This document shows, piece after piece, positions 36,901 to 48,900 of a DNA stretch of 64,000 bases. The stretch is from NCBI GenBank assembly GCA_964187785.1, contig OZ076409.1, positions 42,906,001 to 42,970,000 on the forward strand, read 5' to 3'. The translations under genes and the position numbers were made by a program. The first letter of the stretch is position 1; each line of letters begins with the position of its first letter. Origin of the DNA: Amphiscolops sp. MND2022. Taxonomy: Eukaryota. Under the pieces are notes generated by a model that was given only the letters and a program-made list of their open reading frames with translations, had not been told where the DNA came from and ran no database searches.

Positions 36901-39900
36901 ACAACATTCGCTTTCAGGTGGTTTCTTCAGAAAACGATTTTTCGTTTTTTCTAAAGGTTTTCAGCAATGTAATTCCGGGGAAACAAAAAACACGACAGTC
37001 TCTCTGTAGTAATTTTGAGTCTAAATCAAGGCACCGAAGTATGCGGGTCTCATCTCGCTGTAGCGATTCCATGCATGGACCATGCATGGTCATGCACGGC
37101 AAGCATGGAATTTACATGATCATGCATGGAATGCATGGTACGTCAACACGGGTAACAATTGTTTCTTGGAAGATCTCAATGCATTCCATAATTGCTTCTT
37201 AGAACTTTTTTATGCTTTAGCTTCGAGTCCTCGCGATAGAAAAAGAAAAAAAACGTGAAAAGAAAGCATTCCAGAATTATCCGAAGTCAATGCTCAATAA
37301 AAAAAATTTCAATTGATGTGACACAATTTTTTCAAAACAAACTGATCAGAACTACCAAATGATTGTGCAAGAATAATGTTGTAACTGAGTGCTCCTTTTC
37401 AATTCATGGCGAATGAAAGCTTAGAGGTCACATTGATTTGAGCGCAAAATGAACAAAGCAGCTTTAGGCTCGCAAGCCGCTTTCTTCACGCCGAAAAATT
37501 TATGAAAGTGAAGAGGGTACCCTTTGATCAAACGGAAAATTTTTCGAAGAAAAGTTGCAGAGTGCTAAAAAAATCGAAATGTCGAAAACTTCTTTCTTTC
37601 CGGAAAAGTCTCATAGTGCCGAAAAACTCAAGAGGAGAATCTCTAAGTTCGGAAAATGTTTTTTTTTCAAGCCAAAAACTTCTTAAAAAGTGAAGGGGGT
37701 ATCAATTGACCAAATGGTTTTTCTCAAAAAAAGCCGCAGTGTCGAAAAATTATCAAAGAGGTCATCTTTATGACTGGCTTGGAAAAAGATTATCTTTGCA
37801 GAAAACCTCAAAGAAATAAAAATTGGAGAAAAAGTTTATAGTTTTTCAAAAAATCCAAAAACTTCGGTAAGTCGCATTGTGCCAAAATACTTTGGTCTTC
37901 CCTCTACTTTTGCAAACTTAAACTTTTTTGTTCTAGTGCGAGACACTAACCCGCTTTCTTCTGCTTCTCACACCTCAGAAAATTCGAGTTAAACTCTCGG
38001 CCAAGTTGCAATTAGAAGTTACTGTATGAATTGCTTTTAATTAAATCAGTCACTTCGCGTCTTTTTAAAAAGAGCAACGGCTGTTGTCAGTTTTTACTTA
38101 GTCAGAGCAGACTAATGAATTGTGTTATAATTTTCGTTCTTGTTTTGTGAAGAAAATGGGCAAATTTTGAAAAATACTCAAAGTTTTCATTATTTTCGTA
38201 AATTTACTACATTATGCTACTAAGCCATTAATGGAACCACTCGAGCCAAAAACTGAACCATATGTGGTCGAGTTTATGATCATCTTATAGTCAAAACTAT
38301 GTGTGACCAGTCTATGATTATCCTGTTTACCATGAACATTTCTGGCCTTTTATGATTGACCTGTCGTTATACTGTGTTGATATGACAGACTATGATCAGC
38401 CTGTTTTTGTATGAGAGGTAAACCCAGATTGTAGTACCTTATACTTTTAAGCCCTCTCTTGAGGTATATACACTATTAAGACGTTGATTTTGTTTGATTC
38501 TATCCGAAATAAGCATATATGTTATATTCTTGTTTGATGAGAAAAAGCTGATTTCTAACCTCTGGTTAAAGCGTACAGCTCTGGAATAGTGAATACTCCA
38601 GTTGACAAAAAACCTTCACCGACGTTGGGTCCTGGAATGTCTCCTTGCATATGTGCCTCTTCTCCGTTTTCTGAAATATCAGTTCTTTCGAATCAGAAAA
38701 CAGTTACTGGCTGAAAGACAATGAACTTTGGGCAATTTGGGTTGAAGAGTTCTTGAAATTTAGATTCACAAGCTTTTAAACTTTTCCAAAAATTTCAAAT
38801 TTGAAAACTATCCGGTTAAAATTGCGGATTTCGGTACATATGTACCTCGGAACTCAAATCTTTCTGCATTCACGTAACTTTATATTTGAACTGTTTCATA
38901 GATTCACGGGTAATTTGATGATGTTCAATCTTTATCTTTTTGTCGAATCCTATTTAAGCAATTGCGAAATATATTGTTTTGTTGAAAAAAGTTGCGATTT
39001 GTTGGAATAAATTTTTGAGATATAATATATACATGGGCGTTCTTCCTCGGGAAATAACCTGTGATGATAGATCAATTGAAATTCCAAAAAGTCTGATAGA
39101 ACACTTTTGAGCTCATCAAAATTCAAATTTTTTCGAGTGGCACGAATGGTGACGAGAATATAGCAGCAGAGAAAGGAAGTTCGTCAGGATGCATATTTCG
39201 ATAAATTGCTTGGATTGACGTCTGGCAGTTGACTAATTATAACAATAATGAATGTATAAAATTACCCAGCATTTTGGTTCATTCGAAACACAGCGCCTAG
39301 AGTCCATCTATTTCCTCGATTGTGATGGATAAACGGCCCATTGTTCAAATCAATTCCAAACTTCCATGGAAAGATATTTGAACGGCAAAATTATTCGCGC
39401 TCAAAATGAATGAATCTCCAGTTGTTCGGCAAACATTGAAGCTAATTAGTGAAAGCAGACGTATTTTTGGAAATTCGGTTCTCCTAAGCTTTTTTCTCAA
39501 AAGAGGTGCCTCGATTATTTTCTACCGTCTCTAATTGAAGCTAATTGAAGGTTTTCATAGAAAATTAATTCACCGGTAATGCCAGATTTGACAATTCCAC
39601 ACCTAAAGTAAGATCCATCCTTATTTCTCCAGTTCATGATGAGAATGCTGGCAAGATTCATATTAAAATTTGCAAAAATTTGGACAATCGTTCAACATCT
39701 CGCCAAGAAATACGTTAAAGAAACAAACAACAAGTTGGGAACGGCGTAAGTCGGCGCCAAACTTAACGCCCAAAAATAGCACAAGGACTTCAAAGTGTCA
39801 AGTATTCTCTTCCATTGTACCCGAAAAACCCAAAGGGGGACCGAACTAGCGTGCCGGGGGCCTTTGGACTGTTTTAACATCTATTATGTTGCAAAATGTC

Positions 39901-42900
39901 AAAAAATTGCAGGGGGGCCTTTGGAGACAGGGAAAATTTTTCGAACAAAGTCTCACAATGCCAAAAAACTGAAAAGGGGACCCTTTGGGATTTTTCAACA
40001 TCCATTCTGTCGCAAAAGATCAAAAAATTGAACGGGGGAATTTTTGGGGAAAAATTTTTCGAAGAAAAAAGTCTCACAGTGCCGAAAAAAACTGAAAGAA
40101 AGGACCCTTTGCTCTCTTCTGGTTTTGTATGTTACGCTACAAAAGGAACAACTATTATAGTTCAGTTCCGTCGGCCAAATGGTACAATTTGGCCTCTTAA
40201 AATTTCGTAGAACTTGAACTATTTTGATCAGTTCGTGTGGATTGAAACAAAAAGAGTCACTACTTCATGAAGCGCCGACTAAAAATAGATGGAAGTAAAC
40301 AAAAAATTACGGATTGCGACTTGATAAGTAATGTCTTGTATTTTCGAACGCTCGTTGGTTGAAAAGTAGTATTAGACTTTGAATTTTCTTCGGCCATCGT
40401 TTCCTTATTAACTAAAATTAGAGCTGCAACTCACATGAGTTGCATGATAACGTCATTAAAACAACTTAAACAGGAGATCTTTATTCTAAGTATGAAGTGA
40501 CCACTCGAAACCGTGTAACTATCCGCATCAGCCAAACTTCATTTCATTTTTGAAGCTATCCCATACTTTTCTCATCCAATTCTTGTTAGAATAAGTACAC
40601 ACTACTTTCATTCTTGAAGTATCGAAATGCGCAATTTATTTTTCAAGAAACCAATTTTAATTTTGAAGCAGCAAATACGAACCTGATAGATATACATATG
40701 ATGCCGCAGTTGTTAAAACAGCCAACCGAGCTAACACACATATTTTCCGCCCCAAACTGTTCTACAACTACATAAATTTGAGGCTCATGAATAGCCAATG
40801 CACTATAAAAACGCAAAGACGTTCGAAGAAAAAAAACTTTGATTATCTTAGCCCACCCGGGTTTCACGACCAGGCCGATCATAATCTGACCATATTATGG
40901 CACCATGCAAATCATCCAAATTTCCCTACTATGATCTTGCCATGATCGCATATATGTCCAGAGTATGATCGGCCTGGAATCATATATGGTCCAGAGTATG
41001 ATCAGCCTGGAATCATAAATTTTCGTTCCAAACGCGGTTTGACGTGACATGCAACCCAGACAAAAATTTTCAAACATTAAGAACAGCCGGCTTTATAGGC
41101 TGAGGGCAATAGAGCCACATTCGACCTTTTGTATCTGTGAACATACAATGCAGGTCAGAACTCCGTTAAGCTCTATGCGGAGTTAAAGACAAACTATAGT
41201 CACTCATTTGGTCTCAGGCACGCCCTAGTTAATAACTAACTTTGTTACAGCGGTACCCACTTTTCAGTGTGATTTTTGATTCTTTCGAGAAAAATTACCA
41301 ATTATTAAGCAAAAGTGGCCAAAAATTGATGATTGCTACCTTGGTTTCAATTTGGTGATTGTATTTGGACCTTCGGTTGAGGATTATCTTTTAATTTCAA
41401 CATTGTATGCGTTACTTGACCAAATTTTCCTAATTTTTTTAAGGCTCCAGGCTGACCATACTCTGTGCCATAAAGGTTTATGGTTGGTTCCAGGCTGATC
41501 ACAGACTGAACCATATATGGCCAAGGATATGGTCAGGCTGGAACAATAAACTTTGCTTTTTTATGGAACATGGCGTATCATAGACTGGACCATATGGTCA
41601 GCCTGGAACCATAACCCTTTATAGTCCAAGGTTTGATCGGCCTGGAATCATACTGAGAGTATCATGGCAGAGTATGATTGACCTTGTTTTGTATGGGAGG
41701 AAAAGCCGGGCATTTTAAAGGAGACATCTAATTTTCTATTTGTGCGACAGCTGGCTACTTTTCGTTTTTTTTTCATTACCTTGCGACTTACCGAGAAAAG
41801 ATAAAATTCGCAAAGTTTTTTTTGACAATAATTTTCGAAAAGCATTTTTTGCAATTTTAAGTTTTTGAGGTTTTCTGTAAAGGAAATAAGTTTCCCGAGT
41901 CTTGAGGGTGACTTCATTGTTACTTTCGATCATATGGAGCTTACAAGGTTTCTTATTGATCGTGGAAATGTCCTCATTTCAGTTTGTTCTGTGCAGAAAG
42001 CTCTGTGCGTCTTTCCGGAACTTTTATTTGGTCAAAGAGTACCCCTTGCTTTCATAGCTGATTTCGACTTGAGAAAAGTAATTTTGCGAGTTGGAACTTT
42101 TTTCGCCATCATAAGACCTTACTAAAAAATTCAAAATATTGCATGTTTTGTGATTTCTGTTGTGGCAAAAGTGGTTCCCGAGTCTCAGGCGTATCTATTA
42201 GGTAATTTGTGGCACTGAGAAATTGGCAAAAACTTCGACATTTCGAGTTTCAGCTGCCAATTTAGGGCCATTTTCCGACAGAAGTCTGCAAATACTTTTT
42301 TAAGCCTACTGAGTTATGAGTTTATCGTTTGTTGATTGTTTGCCAATCTTTTGAATCGAAAACGATTCAAAAAGTACACATAAAATGCAAAGAAACGTGA
42401 AGATGTTAAAATTTTTGGAATCATTTGCAGTCATTCTGAGGTGTCTGTAAGCTGCAACGTTCTCGTCAAAAAAATTGCTGCATAACTCGTTCTTTCGTTG
42501 TTGACTGTGTTGGAACCTATAACTTCGAGTAATTTTGCGAGCTGAAACTCAGTTCTCCATCATGGAACTTTTTCGGAAAAATCAAAAAATTGGATTTTTT
42601 GTGATTCCTGCAGGGGAAAAGTCGTTTCCTAGTCTCAGGCGTATTTCTTGAGGTAAATTTCAGCGCTGAGAAAGTGATAGAATCTTCAAACTAGGTCCTG
42701 ACTAAAAAGTTTAAAGGACGTTGAGCGATCCCGGTTTGTTATATCATTGCACATAGTTTCACCAGAAGTGTCAAAAATTGGAACTAGTTTTAACAACTTT
42801 CGGATCAATATGAGGAACTTTTCTACCATGAATCTACAGCTGTCTCTTCAAAAATAGGCCTATTGGACACCGAGCGTTGTGGTTGTTGAATGTTTAAACC

Positions 42901-45900
42901 ATTTTTAGCCACGAAGTAGCTCGAAACAAATTTTTTGGAAGGTGTACTCCAAATCGAGTGATGCTGTTTGGAGGTCGAATAATGATGATTGGACAAAAGA
43001 GGTAGAGATTTACGTTTTCAAGTAAATTTTTTGAAGTTGTGAATATAAAAATGTCTGATGTGATATCATGCAGATATCATGACCTTCAAAACTATGAACC
43101 TAGACAGAGAGCATACTATTGTTGTTAAACATAAAACTCTAATTACTGTCAATTTGAGTTTACTACATTTTGTGTTGTACAATAGAGTATTGACCATTGT
43201 ACTGAAGATTGATGCTATAGATTAGTTGTTAAAGAAGATACGAATTAATCGTCTTAGATAAAGAACCATTTTTACCGTAATAGACTGAGATTACAACATG
43301 GCGCAGTAGCAAGATTTATTTTTATCCGTAAATCCAATTTTAACCGACCAATTACCAATGACGACAACCAAGAGTAATATATTGCTACCATACCTTGAAG
43401 ACACCGGACTCGATGGGAAAAAATTATACACCCCTAAAGAATGGACCGAACGATTACGGCATTACATAAAACGAATCCATGATATCGATATAAAATCGGC
43501 TTTATCCGGGGAAACAATGCCAACAAGTAACGAATGGACAACAAAAGAACCGGAAATAGGACAAGATTTCATTTGGGGAGCAGGACCATCGGCAATAGAG
43601 ACGATCACCAAAGGAGAATTCAACACAGATCCCGATACCATCAATACAGAAAGACTCGTCCAACTATTCAAAGACTATTACATGCCAAAGCGAAACACCT
43701 ACCACAGCCGAGGAGACTTCTTCTGGGCGAATCAAGAAGACAACGAAACCCCGGAAGAACACTGGCGAAAATTAGTATCCCTCGAAAAGAACTGCGAATT
43801 CAAAGATATCAAACAAGAAGACCTACTAATATCAAATTTATCACTAGTATTACCGATAAAAAACTACGGGAAAAACTCACCCGCGAAAAAACCCTGAATC
43901 TGAAAACTACCATGGATCTGGTAACCCAAGATAGTTATGAAAAGAGACACAAGCAATCAACAATACCACCAGCACTGGCGAAAGAAAAAGAAATAAAAGA
44001 AGAGCCCATACAGAAGATACAACCACGAAACTATCGGAAAAATACCGAAATAACAGCAAAAAACAACAACTGCGGATTCTGCGGACAGCAAAACTGGTCA
44101 CCATCACACAAATGCCCGGCAAAAACGGCAGAATGCAACAATTGCCACAAAATGGGACACTTTGCAAGAGTTTGCCGGAGCAAAACCAATAAGAACACGA
44201 GAAAACAAAAAATCAACTACCTGGAAGAAACATACACCGAAGAAGAAGAAAGTGAACCAGAAGAAATACAACAAATCACGCAAATCAATAGAGTACTACC
44301 GGATGAAAATGACAACTACGGGATTAAACTAAAAATTAACGGCAAATACCAAAATTTCACCATTGACACCGGCTCTCCAGTTACAATAATGCCAAACAAC
44401 CCAGAACTCTACAACCAAAGAGATATAAAACCCCTGAAAGAAGATAGTTGTTAAAGAAGATACCAATTTATCGTCTTAGATAAAGAACCATTTTTACCGT
44501 AATAGACTGAGATTACAACATCTGACATCTTTTCAAACTAACATCGGAAGCTACACGTTTCAATCCTTAGCCTATGGTATTTTTGGTTGGAGTAAATAAT
44601 CGGAAAGGGTTTAAAAATGGGACTGTGTTGTCGAAATTTAAAAAAAGTTTGCGAACTTTGACACCTTTGTTGTAAACTCGATGAAATTCGTCCCACGTTT
44701 TCCCCAATTGCATTTTGAAGATTTTATCGTTTCGACGCGCAGGCCATTGGAAGTTTCATTCATCTAAACCGTCGTTGTTTAAACAAGAATGGGGATTAGT
44801 TTGTCAAAAAACATGAGGTATTGTTGTTTCATGGATTTTTGGGAAATTTTGAGGCCAATTTCAACAAAAAATCCAGTTATATCTTCAAAAATGCCTACTG
44901 GAGAGATACCCGGATTAGTCCTTGATGAGTACTTAATTGATTTCATGAATGGAAGTAGCTCAAAAAAAGTACAAAAAACCGCCTAAAATTGTGATTGAAA
45001 ATTGTTTTTCCAAAATTTGGGTTATTGAGAGGAAATTTTCGACTATAAATGAGCCAATTTTTTTGCAAAACGTGCTTCGGAGCTAATTCTATCATCTGGA
45101 GCTTTTCGAAGCTTTGATTCTACCGAAATTTTCAAATTTCAAAAAAAATTCATTGAAAATGTCAGAAATCGACAAAATTTCAACAATTTCGACTTTTTGC
45201 GGTCAATTTTGAGCCATTTTCTAACGGAAGTCTTTAAATATTCCTTTAAAAGCCTACTGGATCATGAGTTCAGTCTTTATTGAACGTTTGACAACATTTT
45301 GACTCGAAAACGATGCAAAAAGTACATAAGTTGCACTAAAACGAAATTGTTAAAATTTTTCTTCTTCTTTGGAGTCATTCTGAAGTATTTTTGAAGCAAT
45401 ACGCTGCAACGTTCCCTTCAAAAAAAGCAAAAAGGTAGTACGTAGCTCGTCCTTTCGTTGTTGAGTTGATTGTAATGGGACCTAGAACGTAATCTTTCGG
45501 AAATTGTGTAGAAAGTGCACCAAAAACGAAAAATTCCCTGACAATTCATGGTCAAATTGAGGCATTTTTCCTATACAAATTGACCTTATTTCGTAATGAA
45601 AGCTCACTGAAACAATTAGTATGGCCTTGCCTTAGGCGTTTTAACAGTCTAGTTCATGAAGACTATCAATATTTTGACAAAAATTGAACAAAGTAGTGAA
45701 AATTGGAGAATTTTCGAAATTTTGTCTTTTCCGATGTCAATTCCGGTCAGTTTTCGTTTGTAAAACTGCATTTGTTTGTTTTCTAAGCATACTGGACAAC
45801 ACATTTTTTCCTTTTTTCACACTTTTCAACGTTCCAATCGACGAAGTTTGTCGAAAATTTGGAAAAAATGCATAAAATCTTTAAAAATTGGAAACTTTTC

Positions 45901-48900
45901 AGATTTTTGTCATTCTCGGTTTCATTTTGAGGCATTTTCATTCAAAACATTGCAATTCTCTGTCCATAAAAGACTACTGGACTACCAATTTGTTCCTTGT
46001 TGACCCTTTAAAACCTTCCAATCCACGAAGTCTGTCGAAACTTTACCAAAAAATGCGTAAAAATTTTGAAAGTTGGAAAATTTTGGGTTTTTTATCATTT
46101 TCGGTGTCAATTTGAGACACTCATCTAGAAAACTGCATTAGACTCTCCGGAAAAAACCTACTGGACAACACATTTTTTCTTTGTTGGCCTTTTTCAATAT
46201 TGCAGACCTCCAAGTCCGTCGAAAATTTAGGAAAAAATGCATAAAAACTTTGAAAATTGTAAAATTTTGGGTGTTTTGTCGTTTTCGGTGTGAACTTGAG
46301 TTTTTTCATTCGGAAAAGTGCAAATATCTCTTCGGAAAAGCCTACTGGACAACGAATTAGTGCCATGTTGAGCGTTTTCAACATTCTAATTCACGACATC
46401 TTTCGAAAACTTGAAAAAATTGCATTAAAACGTAAAAAAATGGAAATTTTTGCAAACTTTCTCATTTTTGGGGTCATTCTGGGGTCCTTAGGGTCAACTA
46501 AAAAAAGTCCAGAAATCTCCTTAAATACAAGTCGCCCGAAGCTTAATTCATGTGAGATGAAGTCTATGTGTAAAACCTTTAATGTTAAATATAAATTTGG
46601 TGCTTGGCAAATTTTGTTTAAAAAAACGTTTGATTTAAATGTTTTCATTTCCCATATGAAATATGGGCGGAAATAATAGTTTACGTTGTCTTTTAACTAA
46701 TGCTTCAAACGCTGCAGCGCAGCTGATAGTACCAACTGTTACCAATTTCTTGGGAACAGAAATAGTACTTGTTTTGCATAATGTTTTTTCCCAAGAGCTT
46801 CTTGATAAAACGCTTGAAAAAGTCATACTGAAAAGTTGAAGAGTCCCACGTGATGCAAGATTTGAAAAAAAGTAATGAGGTTTTTCAAGAATCAAAGGGA
46901 ATTGAAGTGGTGCATGACGCCAACACGCATTTGCACTGATAAACCAGTTAATTTATTTACTAGTTCAAGTATCAGATAAACCAGGTTAAGTGCTGCTTCA
47001 ATCGATGATGCTTTTCTGATGAAATGCCTGTTAATGAATAGTTTCAACCGACCGATCAGGTACTCTTCATTGCAATCGAATCTTGGCTATGATGAAGTTT
47101 TGTACAAAAGCAAAACAGTGACGTGAACCTGAAGTCACAGCAAATCCAATTTGCATTTGAACTTATTCGTTTTGACTGAGCTGAATTTACTCTACAACAC
47201 TGCTTACACAGCTGCTTTAAAATACACGATGCATATATATGTAGTCCTCAAATGCAATCAATTACAATATTATGTAAATTTATCACTAGTGTGGCGGATT
47301 TCAGCTAAAAATCGTTTTGAAATTCAAACAACTTTCCATATTCAAAATTTTCCACTGATACCCACCCTTGGACCACTGATGGCCACTGTTGGGAAAGGTA
47401 TTGGAACGGACAAATTTAATTCCATTTAAAAGTTGATTATTTTCCGAAATTTTGATATTATCTTGAAGGGTTTTGCATTGTCATGAATATCACTGAGCCA
47501 TAAATTATTTTCTAAATGGAAGTTTCTAGTTCCAGGGAGATCTGTAAAGTTTCATTCATGTAAAACTTTTTAGAACAAAATTATTTTTTTGAAAATTTTG
47601 AAAGTCGAAGGAAGAGTATCGAGATTATTCAAAAGCTGGATAAAGGGCATTAACTATGATGCATGTGCTGATCTTTCATTCCCTTTGGAAACCACCCTCC
47701 CTCATACCCCCACATAAAATCCCACTCAAAAACCAAAAAATTCATCATCAATTAATTAAGCTGGACTGGCTAAGACCACTAGAAAAAACTCAGATATTGC
47801 TACTCTAAGTTTCTTAGTTTCATGACAGTTCGTTTTGAGCAGCGCATAACCAACTTTCGTAGCATGAACTCTAGCCACAGCATAGTACAGCTAAAATTGT
47901 GTACAATTGTATAGAATGCAGTCAGAATGTCGATAAAATGGCCTCTCCGCAGCTACAAGCCAACAATTATCCTTCGTAAAGAATGAACAATTTTAGAACA
48001 GTCAAAAGACTGGCTGGATCCTTTCAAGCAGAATTCTTCGCTGACAGGTTGAGAAGATAAAAGTACACTAGCTAGTACTGTAGATGAAATGCACACAGTC
48101 AACGTGAAAAGAACTGAAAACCGAAAATTTCTCGCGTTTAGAGCACCTAACAAAATTGCAGGTAATTTTGTACACGAGCTGTAGTAAAACATTAATATTT
48201 TAATTTCTGTCAACAAAATTCTTCAGTTTCAGTATCCTGTGCAGCGTAATACTGGTTAGAGAAGAGAAACAAGCTTAAACTTGTGCAGATACAGAAGAAA
48301 AAGCTCAATAAATATGATCAAATGAAATATTATTTGACATTGCTTTTAATTTCATACCTTCTAATTAAAAGCTACTGAAGCAAAGACGAGTTTAAACAAG
48401 CAAATATTTTTTTAGCAATATCAATCACTAGCTTTTAGTTAAAAATTGAAAAAAAAACGAGAATTTTGAACTTTTCCAGCTTGCCAAAAATTTCATAAAA
48501 CGGTTTGGCTCATTGAGATTTTTTATAAACTGATTAAAAGTTTGTCAAAAAATCGAGTTATGTGTTTTAAAAGGTGTGTTTGACAGTGAGCCAGCTCTCA
48601 AAAAGTGCTGACTCTTTCTGGCGTTTTGAGAAGTTTTGGCAAAGTTATTCGGCGAGTATTTTTGGCAATGAAGGGTGCCAAAGTTAATCTGGTTGAGAGC
48701 ACTGAGTTTTGGCTGCGAATTGGGCCAAAAAAGAGTTAAGTACTTTTGCATGATTATGATAACTTGAGTTTAATTAAATCTTTTGAAGCAACTATTTTGA
48801 AGCAATCAATTGGCAATCAATTGTTCGAAATGGTGTTTCTGAAACGGTTCCAATTGGAAGAGAGCCCGCAGTGACTTCTAGCTGCACTTTTTTGGAACAA

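Larger units (their letters stand above)
42100..46480. repeat. Degenerate ~185-bp tandem repeat region, interrupted by an LTR element
   Basis: Core (G)CCTACTGGA(C) recurs near 45787, 45972, 46157, 46340 and more loosely near 42303, 42858, 44893, 45251. Confidence 0.6.

Noticed and set aside
46635..47130. Possible very old LINE RT relic
   Set aside because: Motifs too degraded to support a call by eye.
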